From: an uncultured Lachnospiraceae bacterium
GTDB taxonomy: Bacteria > Bacillota > Clostridia > Lachnospirales > Lachnospiraceae
DNA length: 64,000 bases
NCBI GenBank assembly: GCA_947174665.1
Contig: CAMWJV010000005.1
Coordinates: 356-64,355 of the forward strand
Direction of reading: 5' to 3'
Shown: one piece after another, positions 39,761 to 48,710 of the stretch
Position numbering within the stretch: position 1 is the first letter of the stretch
Layout: every line of letters starts with the position of its first letter
Translations under genes and position numbers: made by a program
The notes under the pieces: model-generated
The model's database searches: none
Told to the model about the DNA's origin: nothing
What the model saw: only the letters and a program-made list of their open reading frames with translations

Positions 39761-40204
39761 CTACTGGCAGAGTTTTGCCACCACCTGATTGATAACACTT
39801 CCCTCTGCCTTGCCCTTTAATTCCGGCATCACTGTCTTCATGACCAGCCCTTTATTTTTCTGTGCCACCAGATCGGCATATTTATCCTTCAGAAATGACT
39901 CCACTTCTTCAGCAGACATCATCCTCGGCGCATATTCCTGAAAAATATCATATCTGGCCTGATACTCCTGACGCAAATCTTCACGAGATTCCGGACAAGT
40001 ATCTAACTGCTCCTTCACTGTCTTGATTTCCTTTAATATCACTCGATCCACGATTTCCTCTGTGATGTTGTCCCGCGTACCCTCGTCAATAGCCACCTTC
40101 TTAGCTGCAGAAACCAATGCGGAAATGGCATCCTTGCGAACTTTATTCCGCTCCTTCATGGCAGCGACCATGTCTTTCTGTAATTGTTCAAACTGCATTC
40201 TCAT
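39761..40204 (-). CDS. GatB/YqeY domain protein
   Basis: LQKDMVAAMKER, EYAPRMMS, GLVMK..MPELKGKAEG. Confidence 0.88.
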   Translation of the reverse strand: MRMQFEQLQKDMVAAMKERNKVRKDAISALVSAAKKVAIDEGTRDNITEEIVDRVILKEIKTVKEQLDTCPESREDLRQEYQARYDIFQEYAPRMMSAEEVESFLKDKYADLVAQKNKGLVMKTVMPELKGKAEGSVINQVVAKLCQ

Positions 40205-40245
40205 ATCCTCTCTTTCTCAAAAATCCCTTTTTCACAGATATACCA

Positions 40246-40710
40246 CTAAAGGGCTGTAAATGCAAGTATATTTACTTTTTCCCGAAACTCCTTCCTTCCG
40301 GACACCTGTAGTTTCTCGTAAATATGGGAGGTATGTTTCTTGACCGTGCTCTCCGCGATACAGAATTCTTCCGCGATTTCCCTGTTACTGTATCCCCGGT
40401 ATATCAGCCACGCAATCTCCCATTCCCTCCTTGTCAGGGGACAGTCCTGAAGCCGCTCCTTAAGCTGTTCCACACTGGTGATCTTCGATTGTCCGGTACC
40501 CTGAGGCGGTCCGTCCTCCTTGCTCTGCTCTTTCATCCGCGCATAGAGTACCATGACCGTCATCGTGGGAAATGCCAGCAGAAATACCTCCACCGAAGCC
40601 ATTGTCCGCTCTATCTGCCCCGCGATTCCCTGCACGTGAACGATCAAAAGCAATGTCAACAGTCCTACATACAGGCCGCCAAGAAGAAAACGAATCAATC
40701 GTCTCCTCAT
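40246..40710 (-). CDS. Membrane-anchored LuxR-type HTH regulator
   Basis: Two TMs, then LTRREWEIA..IYRGYSNREIAEEFCIAESTVKKH. Confidence 0.88.
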   Translation of the reverse strand: MRRRLIRFLLGGLYVGLLTLLLIVHVQGIAGQIERTMASVEVFLLAFPTMTVMVLYARMKEQSKEDGPPQGTGQSKITSVEQLKERLQDCPLTRREWEIAWLIYRGYSNREIAEEFCIAESTVKKHTSHIYEKLQVSGRKEFREKVNILAFTAL

Positions 40711-40713
40711 CCC

Positions 40714-41187
40714 CTACTCTTCCTCCATGAATTCCAAAATGCGCCTCTTGACTACGACCTCCAGGGGCAGCAACAGAAATTCCAGCATCGCCACATAGAT
40801 GAGAGGAAACTCGGCAACCGACAGACAAGGACCCAGTCCCCACCAATCACTGTCACCGGAAAGATTAAAAAAAATATTCATCAGCCCCAGCAGGGTTATG
40901 ATAACGCCTCCCCAAAGCAGGCTCTTTCGCAGGAATTCCACTGCATACTGCGCCTTCTTCATTTCATTGAGGGAACAAGTATAGCTTTTCTTCTGCAGCT
41001 TGAACGCCCTGATAAAATCTTTCCACATCCCGCATATCAAAAGGGCCGGAAGTGCAGATACCGCGATCATCAGCCATGTAGGCGCATCCAGCAGCTTCAT
41101 GAACACAAACAACCACTGGTCCCCCCCTATATTTACCACCACGCAAAAACATACCACAAAGACCAACGCAAGCAACTCAAGCAACAT
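40714..41187 (-). CDS. Four-TM membrane protein (MotA/TolQ-like topology), coupled to the LuxR gene
   Basis: Hydrophobic ORF with 'LDAPT' and 'LGPCLSVA..PLIY' segments; 3 nt from the next gene. Confidence 0.6.
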   Translation of the reverse strand: MLLELLALVFVVCFCVVVNIGGDQWLFVFMKLLDAPTWLMIAVSALPALLICGMWKDFIRAFKLQKKSYTCSLNEMKKAQYAVEFLRKSLLWGGVIITLLGLMNIFFNLSGDSDWWGLGPCLSVAEFPLIYVAMLEFLLLPLEVVVKRRILEFMEEE

Positions 41188-41354
41188 TTTCTTTCACCTC
41201 TCCCTTTCCTGTCTCTTCCATCCGAAACTCCTCCAATGCGCTTCCTTTTGTCACCTCTCCTCTCCGCGCTTCGTCCAGATTAAATATAGCATTTTCCGAA
41301 CGGAGCGGTCTATACTACTTTTGCCTGAAAAGGTAGTATTTGGGGGAGTATTTT

Positions 41355-41768
41355 TCAGCCTTTTCTGTCAAAATTGCCCAGATACCCCTGCCCCAGCACA
41401 AGCATATGTCCTTCAGCAACCGAATCTCTCGTCCAGCTCCCCTCGTTAAAGTGATCTCGCCTGAAATGCCAGGCTATGCACGCTAATATCTGTTCTTTTG
41501 ACAATGTATCAACCCATTCCTTTGTCGGGCAGACTAACTCTCTGTCAGAAATTCTGCCATTTTCAATAATCTGACTATAGTTTGTTATTACTACGCCATC
41601 GTCATATGCTTCCTTGATACATTCATGCAAAATCAGATATAACCCCTTATGTTCCTGCTGTGGCTGATATACACTATAGGACCGCAAATGCTTTCTGAGT
41701 TCTTCATCTTCATACAAAACACGGAACAATACCTCATATTTCTGACACCAGCGGTATGCATTTTCCAT
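41355..41768 (-). CDS. DUF6508-like protein, possibly 5'-truncated
   Basis: LACIAWHFRRDHFNEG motif; frame stays open about 25 codons upstream without a start codon. Confidence 0.55.
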   Translation of the reverse strand: MENAYRWCQKYEVLFRVLYEDEELRKHLRSYSVYQPQQEHKGLYLILHECIKEAYDDGVVITNYSQIIENGRISDRELVCPTKEWVDTLSKEQILACIAWHFRRDHFNEGSWTRDSVAEGHMLVLGQGYLGNFDRKG

Positions 41769-41873
41769 AACGGCATTGCTAACCGCATATTCAGCTATCT
41801 CTTTTTCATTTGTTTCGCTTACATCATCTCCGATAAGTTCTTTCTATTCAATTTGAAGGTTACTGCTAAACAC

Positions 41874-42095
41874 TTAAATTATAAAAATATCAATCTTGCC
41901 GCTGTGTACATCAATATGGTGTTTGCGGCACAGAGCAATAATATTATCTACACTCGCCGCTCCACCAAACTGATAATCCACAATATGATGCCCCTCAACA
42001 CGATTTCGGGATCCACAAATCTGGCATCGGTTTCCGTCCCTCTCTCTACCAGCTTTTTGTGCCTTCGTATGTGCTGATGATCTGTTTCTTGTCAT
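41874..42095 (-). CDS. Minimal 73-aa HNH endonuclease
   Basis: Start MTRNRSS behind AGGAGG; RDGNRCQICG, EGHHI, NIIALCRKHH. Confidence 0.85.
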   Translation of the reverse strand: MTRNRSSAHTKAQKAGRERDGNRCQICGSRNRVEGHHIVDYQFGGAASVDNIIALCRKHHIDVHSGKIDIFII

Positions 42096-42099
42096 AATC

Positions 42100-42294
42100 T
42101 TAACCTCCTGTTTCCTTGGTTCCCTTTTGAAGAAGTGAACCAACACTTGATGTAAAGCCAGAAGCAATCGTCCCTCTTCCAAAAGGCGCATTTCTTTGCT
42201 TCGATTTCATAATATCCGCCGAAACCCTAGCCGCCTGGCTATCTGTCAATCCAGATATTACTGCAACAACTGATTTATCCTTTTTACCTGTCAT
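42100..42294 (-). CDS. 64-aa hypothetical protein
   Basis: GGAGGG RBS; its end contains the RBS of the mini-HNH gene. Confidence 0.7.
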   Translation of the reverse strand: MTGKKDKSVVAVISGLTDSQAARVSADIMKSKQRNAPFGRGTIASGFTSSVGSLLQKGTKETGG

Positions 42295-42419
42295 AACTTA
42301 TCCCTCCATAAAATGTAATACGGAACGCTTTCTTAAGCACATTTATATGATAACTCAAATTTGATTTTCATGTTCTTCCTCTAAGGACTAAGTTTTATGA
42401 ATTAGTAGCCTTTTAAGGA

Positions 42420-42731
42420 CTAACTTGTCTCAAATGCTAACAACATACTATTAATAGCCGCTTTTTGTTCTTCATTAAGAGCAGATTGCAATTGCTTACC
42501 GAACAGGAGGTAATCTACAGAACAATCCAATAGTTGTGCTAATACATACATCTGTGGAATTGTACAATTAGCTTTTCCATTTTCAATTCTGGAAATTTGA
42601 TTAGCTTGAATATTTAAATATTCTGCCACATCAACTGCTGATAATTTCCTTTCGAGTCTTTTTTTCTGAATGCGCTGACCAAGCTGAAATTTAATATCAT
42701 TGTCATATTCCTGAAACTCTATCGGAATCAT
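42420..42731 (-). CDS. XRE-family HTH regulator
   Basis: LGQRIQKKR...ISRIENGK...LDCSVDYLLFG; start MIPIEF behind AAAGGAGG. Confidence 0.9.
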   Translation of the reverse strand: MIPIEFQEYDNDIKFQLGQRIQKKRLERKLSAVDVAEYLNIQANQISRIENGKANCTIPQMYVLAQLLDCSVDYLLFGKQLQSALNEEQKAAINSMLLAFETS

Positions 42732-42949
42732 CCTGTACTTACCTCCTTTCTTTTTTAATAAATGAATATATCTAGCAAAAAAATTTGTATAGGCAGCTAT
42801 TATGTGCAAAAATATCTCGCGTCTATTATAGAATATATGTTTGTGTTGCACTTGTTAAAAAAACAGAGCTGCGACAACAAGATTTTATCTTATCATCTCA
42901 GCTCCCTTTAGCTCTTCTTGACTGCCCTTTCAATCAAGGAAATATATTT

Positions 42950-43093
42950 TTATTTATCAGTTCTTTGCTTTTGTTTCCGCTTTTTTACAGAGTATACAAC
43001 AAATCTACCTTCTCTATCTCTTCTTACCTCTGCATCATTGCCATTCTGTGTTGCCTCTTCAATCTGTAAATACAGTTCCTTCTCTTTGTTCAT
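42950..43093 (-). CDS. Unannotated 47-aa basic protein MNKEKELYLQIEEATQNGNDAEVRRDREGRFVVYSVKKRKQKQRTDK
   Basis: Manual translation; AGGAGGTG RBS immediately after the GHKL ATPase stop. Confidence 0.65.
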   Translation of the reverse strand: MNKEKELYLQIEEATQNGNDAEVRRDREGRFVVYSVKKRKQKQRTDK

Positions 43094-43105
43094 ACCCTGC
43101 ACCTC

Positions 43106-44824
43106 CTACGATTCCATCTTGTTTACTACAGTTGCTAAAATACTGCCCCATGATGTAAGTAGATTTTCAAGCATTGTAGAATTCTCATCCGAAAAACTCG
43201 CAAATGCCTTCGCATAACTTAAAAGCAGTAACATAATTGCATCCTTTATTTTGCTTTTTTCATTGGTTACAGTTGTAGTATCCTCTTTGGTAATATCCCC
43301 GCATAATGGGTTAATGATATTTTTATAAAAAGGATGATTTACATTAAGTTTGATAATAACTTTGTTCCCCAACAAGAATTCTGGTTCAAATAGAATTGAC
43401 TGTGGATATTTTACCGGCACTACTGAATATGGTTTATTCAGTAACTGTTCCTTCTTTTCTTCCTTTTTATCTTCTGCATCATCCAATGTCTGGTCTAAAA
43501 TTTCGTTAATCTTCTGGTCTTCTTCTTCCTTGGACATTGATTTTCCTGCTTTGTTTGCCGGAAGCAATGCATCTACATCTCCCATTAAATTCTCAGCATT
43601 ATCAAATGCACTAGCTTTTTGATTATTTTCCGCCTTTTGCTGTGCTCTATCGCCTTTAATCGTCTTTCGCAATGATTTAACAGCTGATGTCAATTCTTCT
43701 CTTAAACGATCTTTTAATGGACCGATCGGTTCGGCTCCGCGTTTAATGTATCTTACTTGAAAACATTCATCTAATTCAGGCGGAAATAATATTTCACATC
43801 CCCAAAAACGATCATTTTCCTCATAGGAATACTGTCCTTTTGTTCCAATAAGATAAGGAACTTTATCATATAACACCTCTCTATTGGCTCTCAAAATTGA
43901 AACGCCTTCATTTTGATCAATCTTACGCTTCTTTGCTTCTGCCTTTCCTCCATCCCCAATATTTAAGCGCCATTCCTTAGGAAGCAACGATAAACGAATT
44001 GTAATTGGCGCCTTTTCTCCAGACATACCAGGAATATCCCAATCCAATGTTGTCTGACTATACAGCACTGCTTTAGGATCTTGCTTCTCTTTTGTATCAA
44101 ACTGAGTAGGACCCGCAATATAAAGTGGATCATGTAAGCAAACCCGTCTTCCATCCAAATAAATCTGTAATCCACTTTCAATGAATTTGCGATATGTCCT
44201 GCCTAAGTAGTTAGCAATACTGGCATTAACCTCATTTGCATCCTGTCTTTTGCCGGTCCCATCTAGCCTGTCACAATTTGTTAAAATAACAACCGTTCCT
44301 GTATTGCCAAACATGTATTCCGCGTATTTTTCAGGCAATGCTCTATACTCTGGTTCAGGCATCTGCGTGATTTGTCCATTTGAAATCATATCCAAATCTA
44401 TAAATGTATATAGAAAATCTTTCTTTTCATCATCTCTTGAAAAAACTTCAACTCTACGTGCCAAAGAAATGCTGCCCAATGTCATTCCCACACCAAATCT
44501 TCCTATGCCCATTCTTCCATTTCGTTTCACTCGCATGGAACACCCCAAAACAAGGCATTTTTTAATTACATCCTCGTTCATTCCGCACCCATCATCTACA
44601 ACTACAATACTACCCACAGCCTCGGTCTCTCGCTTGCCATTTTTAACTTTTTTCTTTTCAAAAAACACATTAATATGTCGAGCTCCTGCTTCAACGGAGT
44701 TATCAACAATTTCCCCCAATCCATTCTCTGTTGAATAGTCATTATATCGCAATGACTCATACATTTTTGATATATTAATAAGTTCCTGTCTCGGCTTAAT
44801 AAAAACCATTTCATCATTCTGCAT
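43106..44824 (-). CDS. MORC-like GHKL ATPase (HATPase_c_3)
   Basis: EIVDNSVEA, DDGCGM, GRFGVGM, GTVVIL; C-terminal LNVNHPFY. Confidence 0.88.
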   Translation of the reverse strand: MQNDEMVFIKPRQELINISKMYESLRYNDYSTENGLGEIVDNSVEAGARHINVFFEKKKVKNGKRETEAVGSIVVVDDGCGMNEDVIKKCLVLGCSMRVKRNGRMGIGRFGVGMTLGSISLARRVEVFSRDDEKKDFLYTFIDLDMISNGQITQMPEPEYRALPEKYAEYMFGNTGTVVILTNCDRLDGTGKRQDANEVNASIANYLGRTYRKFIESGLQIYLDGRRVCLHDPLYIAGPTQFDTKEKQDPKAVLYSQTTLDWDIPGMSGEKAPITIRLSLLPKEWRLNIGDGGKAEAKKRKIDQNEGVSILRANREVLYDKVPYLIGTKGQYSYEENDRFWGCEILFPPELDECFQVRYIKRGAEPIGPLKDRLREELTSAVKSLRKTIKGDRAQQKAENNQKASAFDNAENLMGDVDALLPANKAGKSMSKEEEDQKINEILDQTLDDAEDKKEEKKEQLLNKPYSVVPVKYPQSILFEPEFLLGNKVIIKLNVNHPFYKNIINPLCGDITKEDTTTVTNEKSKIKDAIMLLLLSYAKAFASFSDENSTMLENLLTSWGSILATVVNKMES

Positions 44825-44860
44825 ATTTGCATCCTCCTAACATTTATTATATTTTGAGTC

Positions 44861-45042
44861 AAAAAAAGACCTCACATCGAAATGTAAGGTCTCATAAATA
44901 TACAAATAATAATCAAAACGCAAACTAGACCATCCCTTATAAGGACAACTCCAGCTATGACAAGATATTCATATTAAGGTTACCGATTAATTTGATATTC
45001 TATTCTCACAGAACTATGCCATGAGACCTTCAAATTCGATTA
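44861..45042 (-). promoter_or_regulatory. Leader RNA with alternative antiterminator/terminator upstream of the GHKL ATPase
   Basis: 5' arm 45021-45040 complementary to 44876-44895, which overlaps terminator AGACCUUACAU-UUCG-AUGUGAGGUCU-U6. Confidence 0.7.
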
Positions 45043-45048
45043 TGTTTA

Positions 45049-45077
45049 ATCATATACCATCATACTCATTTTGTCAA
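45049..45077 (-). promoter_or_regulatory. sigmaA promoter driving the leader and GHKL ATPase
   Basis: TTGACA-17 bp-TATGAT. Confidence 0.8.
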
Positions 45078-45161
45078 GTCATTTTTTCTAGATTTACGTT
45101 CTTTTATTTTTGGCAGTCTTGCATATCGAGTGATAACACGCCCATTATAACCCGCAATCCT

Positions 45162-46109
45162 TTATTTTTTTATCCTCTTAAGGATTAGATTGAGCCATTG
45201 TACCTCATCCCTATTCATTTTATCCACTGTATGCCAGAGTTCCGCAATCTCATATGCTGTACTTTTCGCTACTATTTGCTGTACATTTTCTTCCGAAAAA
45301 CTCGTAAAAAATCTTCCGTTAGAATCATATCCGTTATTGATCCCTTTCTTTATGGAGATATACAGCGCCCCGCCTGTTTGCAGATAATCCGAAACTTTAC
45401 ATATAAATTCTTCAATTTCATCAATACCAAGATGAAGCAAGGAAGCATTTGCCCATATCCCATCATACACCCTGGAAGGGCTCCAGTCCTGAATCTTCTC
45501 ATACTGAACATGAATGCCGGTATACTCTGTTGCCAACCTGCATAGTTCTTCTGAAGCATCTATTGCCTCAACATCAAAGCCTCTATCTTTAAAGTACTTT
45601 ACATCTCTGCCACTACCAGCACCAATATCAATTATCTTCCCACCAGGAATAACGTATTTGATAAACCTGTCACAGCATTCGGACATATCTACATCTACAG
45701 TATCCCGGAAATATTGATCTGCGTTTTGGTTGTAGTAGCTTATCGTCATATTATTCTTTCCATACTTCTCATAAATCTGTTCTGCTTCGGCGGTAATCTT
45801 ATCCGGATTGTTCAAATACTCCTGTACTATTTCTTTTTGGAGCTTTGTGCCCTGCATTCCAGAATACTGAGTTTCAGAATCCAAGCAGCGAATTCTACTA
45901 GACTGCATATGAATTCCAGCATAGTTTCTGAATATATCCGAAACCGGTACCCCTGTCAGCATTTCCTCACGATTTCTTAGGAATTCACTTATTCCTTGAT
46001 GGGTCTTCTGGATCTCCTCACTTGATAAATTCTTTGTTCTGAAGTATTCAACCACCAAAATAACAACTTCTTCCCTATCCCATTTGCGTTCCGTTCTTTT
46101 ATCACTCAT
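45162..46109 (-). CDS. Fusion: McrA-N-like helical domain plus class I (TehB-like) SAM methyltransferase
   Basis: N-terminal KWDREEVVILVVEY; from MTISYYNQNA: IIDIGAGSGRD, AIDAS, YDGIWANASLLH. Confidence 0.8.
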   Translation of the reverse strand: MSDKRTERKWDREEVVILVVEYFRTKNLSSEEIQKTHQGISEFLRNREEMLTGVPVSDIFRNYAGIHMQSSRIRCLDSETQYSGMQGTKLQKEIVQEYLNNPDKITAEAEQIYEKYGKNNMTISYYNQNADQYFRDTVDVDMSECCDRFIKYVIPGGKIIDIGAGSGRDVKYFKDRGFDVEAIDASEELCRLATEYTGIHVQYEKIQDWSPSRVYDGIWANASLLHLGIDEIEEFICKVSDYLQTGGALYISIKKGINNGYDSNGRFFTSFSEENVQQIVAKSTAYEIAELWHTVDKMNRDEVQWLNLILKRIKK

Positions 46110-47113
46110 TTTGCAATTACCGCCTTTGTTTCCGGCTTCCAGGTCCTATCATAGCCATTAATCTTTGCCCAGTTATATACATAGGTAATCATCCTGGACT
46201 GATAGTTCTGCATCTCCGGTCTGTGATACCCAATCAAAATATGCTGATTTCGATCAATAATATCCGTCAAATACTTTCCATCTGGCAACCTGTCGTTTTT
46301 CTTACGGTTACAAGTCGGACAAGATAATACTAGATTCCATAAATTATCATCTTTAATAAACGACCACGGAATAAAATGATCAACATCAATCTTATCCGGC
46401 TGCAAAGGTCTTCCACAATAAAAACAATTCTTGCTTTCAAATTCATCATAGAGTATCTGTCGATATGCTGAAAGATTGTTTCTCTTTGCACTTTCGTCTA
46501 TTTTATCAAGTAGCTTTGTTGCCACCGCTTCCTCATTTACCCGTTCAAGGAATCTGGCCCACTCATAATAGTTCAGTTTCTCTATAACTACCTTATGCTT
46601 GCATATGAACTCATACATTACTGAATTGATCTGTAACCATTCCTCTTTCTTTGAAAAAGAATAAAATAATCGATTGGTATCTTCGAACAATGCACCCACT
46701 ACATATTTTTTGCATTTAATCTTTACCTGATGAGAAATATCCAGCATCATTTCTGCCGTCAGGCTTTCATATGGTATCGGCTCAATTATGCGGTACTTAT
46801 CAACAGCGGCATGGAGCACCTGTTCGAGGTATGTCTCTCTATTATCATTTGTAGCAGCCTTCTGTCTTAACCCATACTTCAGAATCAGATTCCAGTATAT
46901 CTCTCCAAACTTGCTGAAGAGCTGATTGAAGGTCAGCTTTAAATCTTTATCAACATTATATAGATTATCTATTATTGCCTTTAAGAAACCATATTTGTAG
47001 CTTGAATCATTTCTCGATTTAGAAGAAAAAACGCATGAAAAAGCAGACCACAGCTCATCGTCTGAGGCATTTCTTGCTTCATATTTTCCTTCCTTCAAAT
47101 CAAAACCAGCCAC
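46106..47113 (-). CDS. HNH endonuclease with N-terminal 'SYK' helical domain
   Basis: NDSSYKYGFLKAI; CFYCG, DVDHFIPWS, WNLVLSCPTCNRKKND. Confidence 0.9.
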   Translation of the reverse strand: MAGFDLKEGKYEARNASDDELWSAFSCVFSSKSRNDSSYKYGFLKAIIDNLYNVDKDLKLTFNQLFSKFGEIYWNLILKYGLRQKAATNDNRETYLEQVLHAAVDKYRIIEPIPYESLTAEMMLDISHQVKIKCKKYVVGALFEDTNRLFYSFSKKEEWLQINSVMYEFICKHKVVIEKLNYYEWARFLERVNEEAVATKLLDKIDESAKRNNLSAYRQILYDEFESKNCFYCGRPLQPDKIDVDHFIPWSFIKDDNLWNLVLSCPTCNRKKNDRLPDGKYLTDIIDRNQHILIGYHRPEMQNYQSRMITYVYNWAKINGYDRTWKPETKAVIAK

Positions 47114-48132
47114 TACAAACCCCTCCGTTTCTTCAAGAGTTTTATCATTTCCTCAGGATTATCCAGCAAAGAGCAAGCTTCATCATCAGTAACGTCTTCA
47201 GTTTCATTATTTTCCTGGGCTGCTGCTATCGCCATTCGTTCATTCTCTGCTTCAACTTGTTCTGCCCAGTGCATCACCTCATCCGCCTCAAACAGCATCT
47301 CATATGTATTAATGCGATTAGATTTTATGAACGCAAGGCTTTCGCAAATTCTATCCAGTAAAGAAACAAAGCTTTCTTCCGGTGCATCGGAAAACATACT
47401 ACAATAGCGTTCCTTTTCTTTCGAAAAACTAACTCCCAGAGTGTTCTCTATAGCATCCAGATTATCAAGATATGACTGCCGGATTCCCCTTCGCCGTATC
47501 AGTATATCCTCATAACTTGGGCTATCATCTTGATCACACGAAATAATGCTTCGAACCTGCCCATAATAATCCATAAAGTTTCCAACATCGGCCGTATACG
47601 CAAATTCGTCTAATATCTGCTCAAATTGATATTCTTCTCTAATAGGATTCGACAATGCGCAATCATATTTTCCATTCTTGTCAAACACACGACACCCAAA
47701 GAAAACACTATCATCAGTCACAAAAAAGAAAATATTAAACCCGTCTAATGCTTTATTTACTATTTTTTCAAAAGCTACACACGATGTCACCGCATCATGT
47801 CCTACCGCTTCAATCTTAGTGGCTATCACTCTGCAAACCATGGCTCCCCGTCGCATGAACTTGTTAAAATCCGAATACATATATACACAATCTATTTTTT
47901 CTGTATAGCGAATTTCATCAGAGGAATAAACCTCTTTATCATCTCCATAGACAAAAACAAGTCGCTCCATATTACCAGCGTACTTGGGAGACTTCTCTGA
48001 AACAAGTCCCGCAGTTTCCAAAACACAGGTTATTGACTTCTCAGAGAATGCTTCTGAAACAAGTTCTACTGGTTCTATGCTGTCATGATATTCATCAATA
48101 TATTCGTAATTATCATCGTCATAGTAACCCAT
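47113..48132 (-). CDS. Acidic hypothetical protein of the defence operon
   Basis: 339-aa ORF tightly coupled to its neighbours; no motif recognised. Confidence 0.75.
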   Translation of the reverse strand: MGYYDDDNYEYIDEYHDSIEPVELVSEAFSEKSITCVLETAGLVSEKSPKYAGNMERLVFVYGDDKEVYSSDEIRYTEKIDCVYMYSDFNKFMRRGAMVCRVIATKIEAVGHDAVTSCVAFEKIVNKALDGFNIFFFVTDDSVFFGCRVFDKNGKYDCALSNPIREEYQFEQILDEFAYTADVGNFMDYYGQVRSIISCDQDDSPSYEDILIRRRGIRQSYLDNLDAIENTLGVSFSKEKERYCSMFSDAPEESFVSLLDRICESLAFIKSNRINTYEMLFEADEVMHWAEQVEAENERMAIAAAQENNETEDVTDDEACSLLDNPEEMIKLLKKRRGL

Positions 48133-48142
48133 ATCATCATCT

Positions 48143-48697
48143 CTATTTGTTTAGTATTTTATCAATTCCTGCCTTCAGTGCCTCACCGTCCTGCTCTTCA
48201 TTAAACATATTTGTATATTGGTACATCTTCAAAAGATATGCATCCCTATCGATACACTCATCCACAAACTGCTCATGAAGAACCTCTACTCCACCAAGAA
48301 AATACTCATTAAAAATCTGCATATTCTCAGCTACCATCGCCTTATCTTCCTCTGTTTTTTCAGAGAAATTGAATGCCCGGTAAATCCTTTTTTCTGTATC
48401 CGGCTCTGACTCTTCATCTATCAGCATCAGAATCTGATAAATATATTTCAGCTCACCGCTTCTTTTAACAATCTGTTCCGCGAGGATACCTACATCACCA
48501 TCTGCGGCGCTCCCCATTTTTCCCTTTCGGCTATACTGGTATCCAATTAAAGGACATAGGATATAGGCATCAATATAAGCCTTAAAAATCTTAAAGTTGT
48601 TATGCTGATCTTTATCAGCAACATTTCCTCGCAATTCACACAAGTCTTTAAGGTAATTGGCATGAACACCTGTGATATCAAAATTTGTGTTAAACAT
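48143..48697 (-). CDS. Small partner of the SMC-ATPase (PbeD/DndE-like position)
   Basis: FKAYIDAYILCPLIG...FNEYFLGGVEVL pattern; directly after the ATPase. Confidence 0.55.
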   Translation of the reverse strand: MFNTNFDITGVHANYLKDLCELRGNVADKDQHNNFKIFKAYIDAYILCPLIGYQYSRKGKMGSAADGDVGILAEQIVKRSGELKYIYQILMLIDEESEPDTEKRIYRAFNFSEKTEEDKAMVAENMQIFNEYFLGGVEVLHEQFVDECIDRDAYLLKMYQYTNMFNEEQDGEALKAGIDKILNK

Positions 48698-48710
48698 ATT
48701 TCACACCCTC

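Noticed and set aside
44861-45042. Retron msr-msd (terminal inverted repeats)
   Set aside because: No reverse transcriptase in the window; the pairing is explained by antiterminator/terminator overlap.
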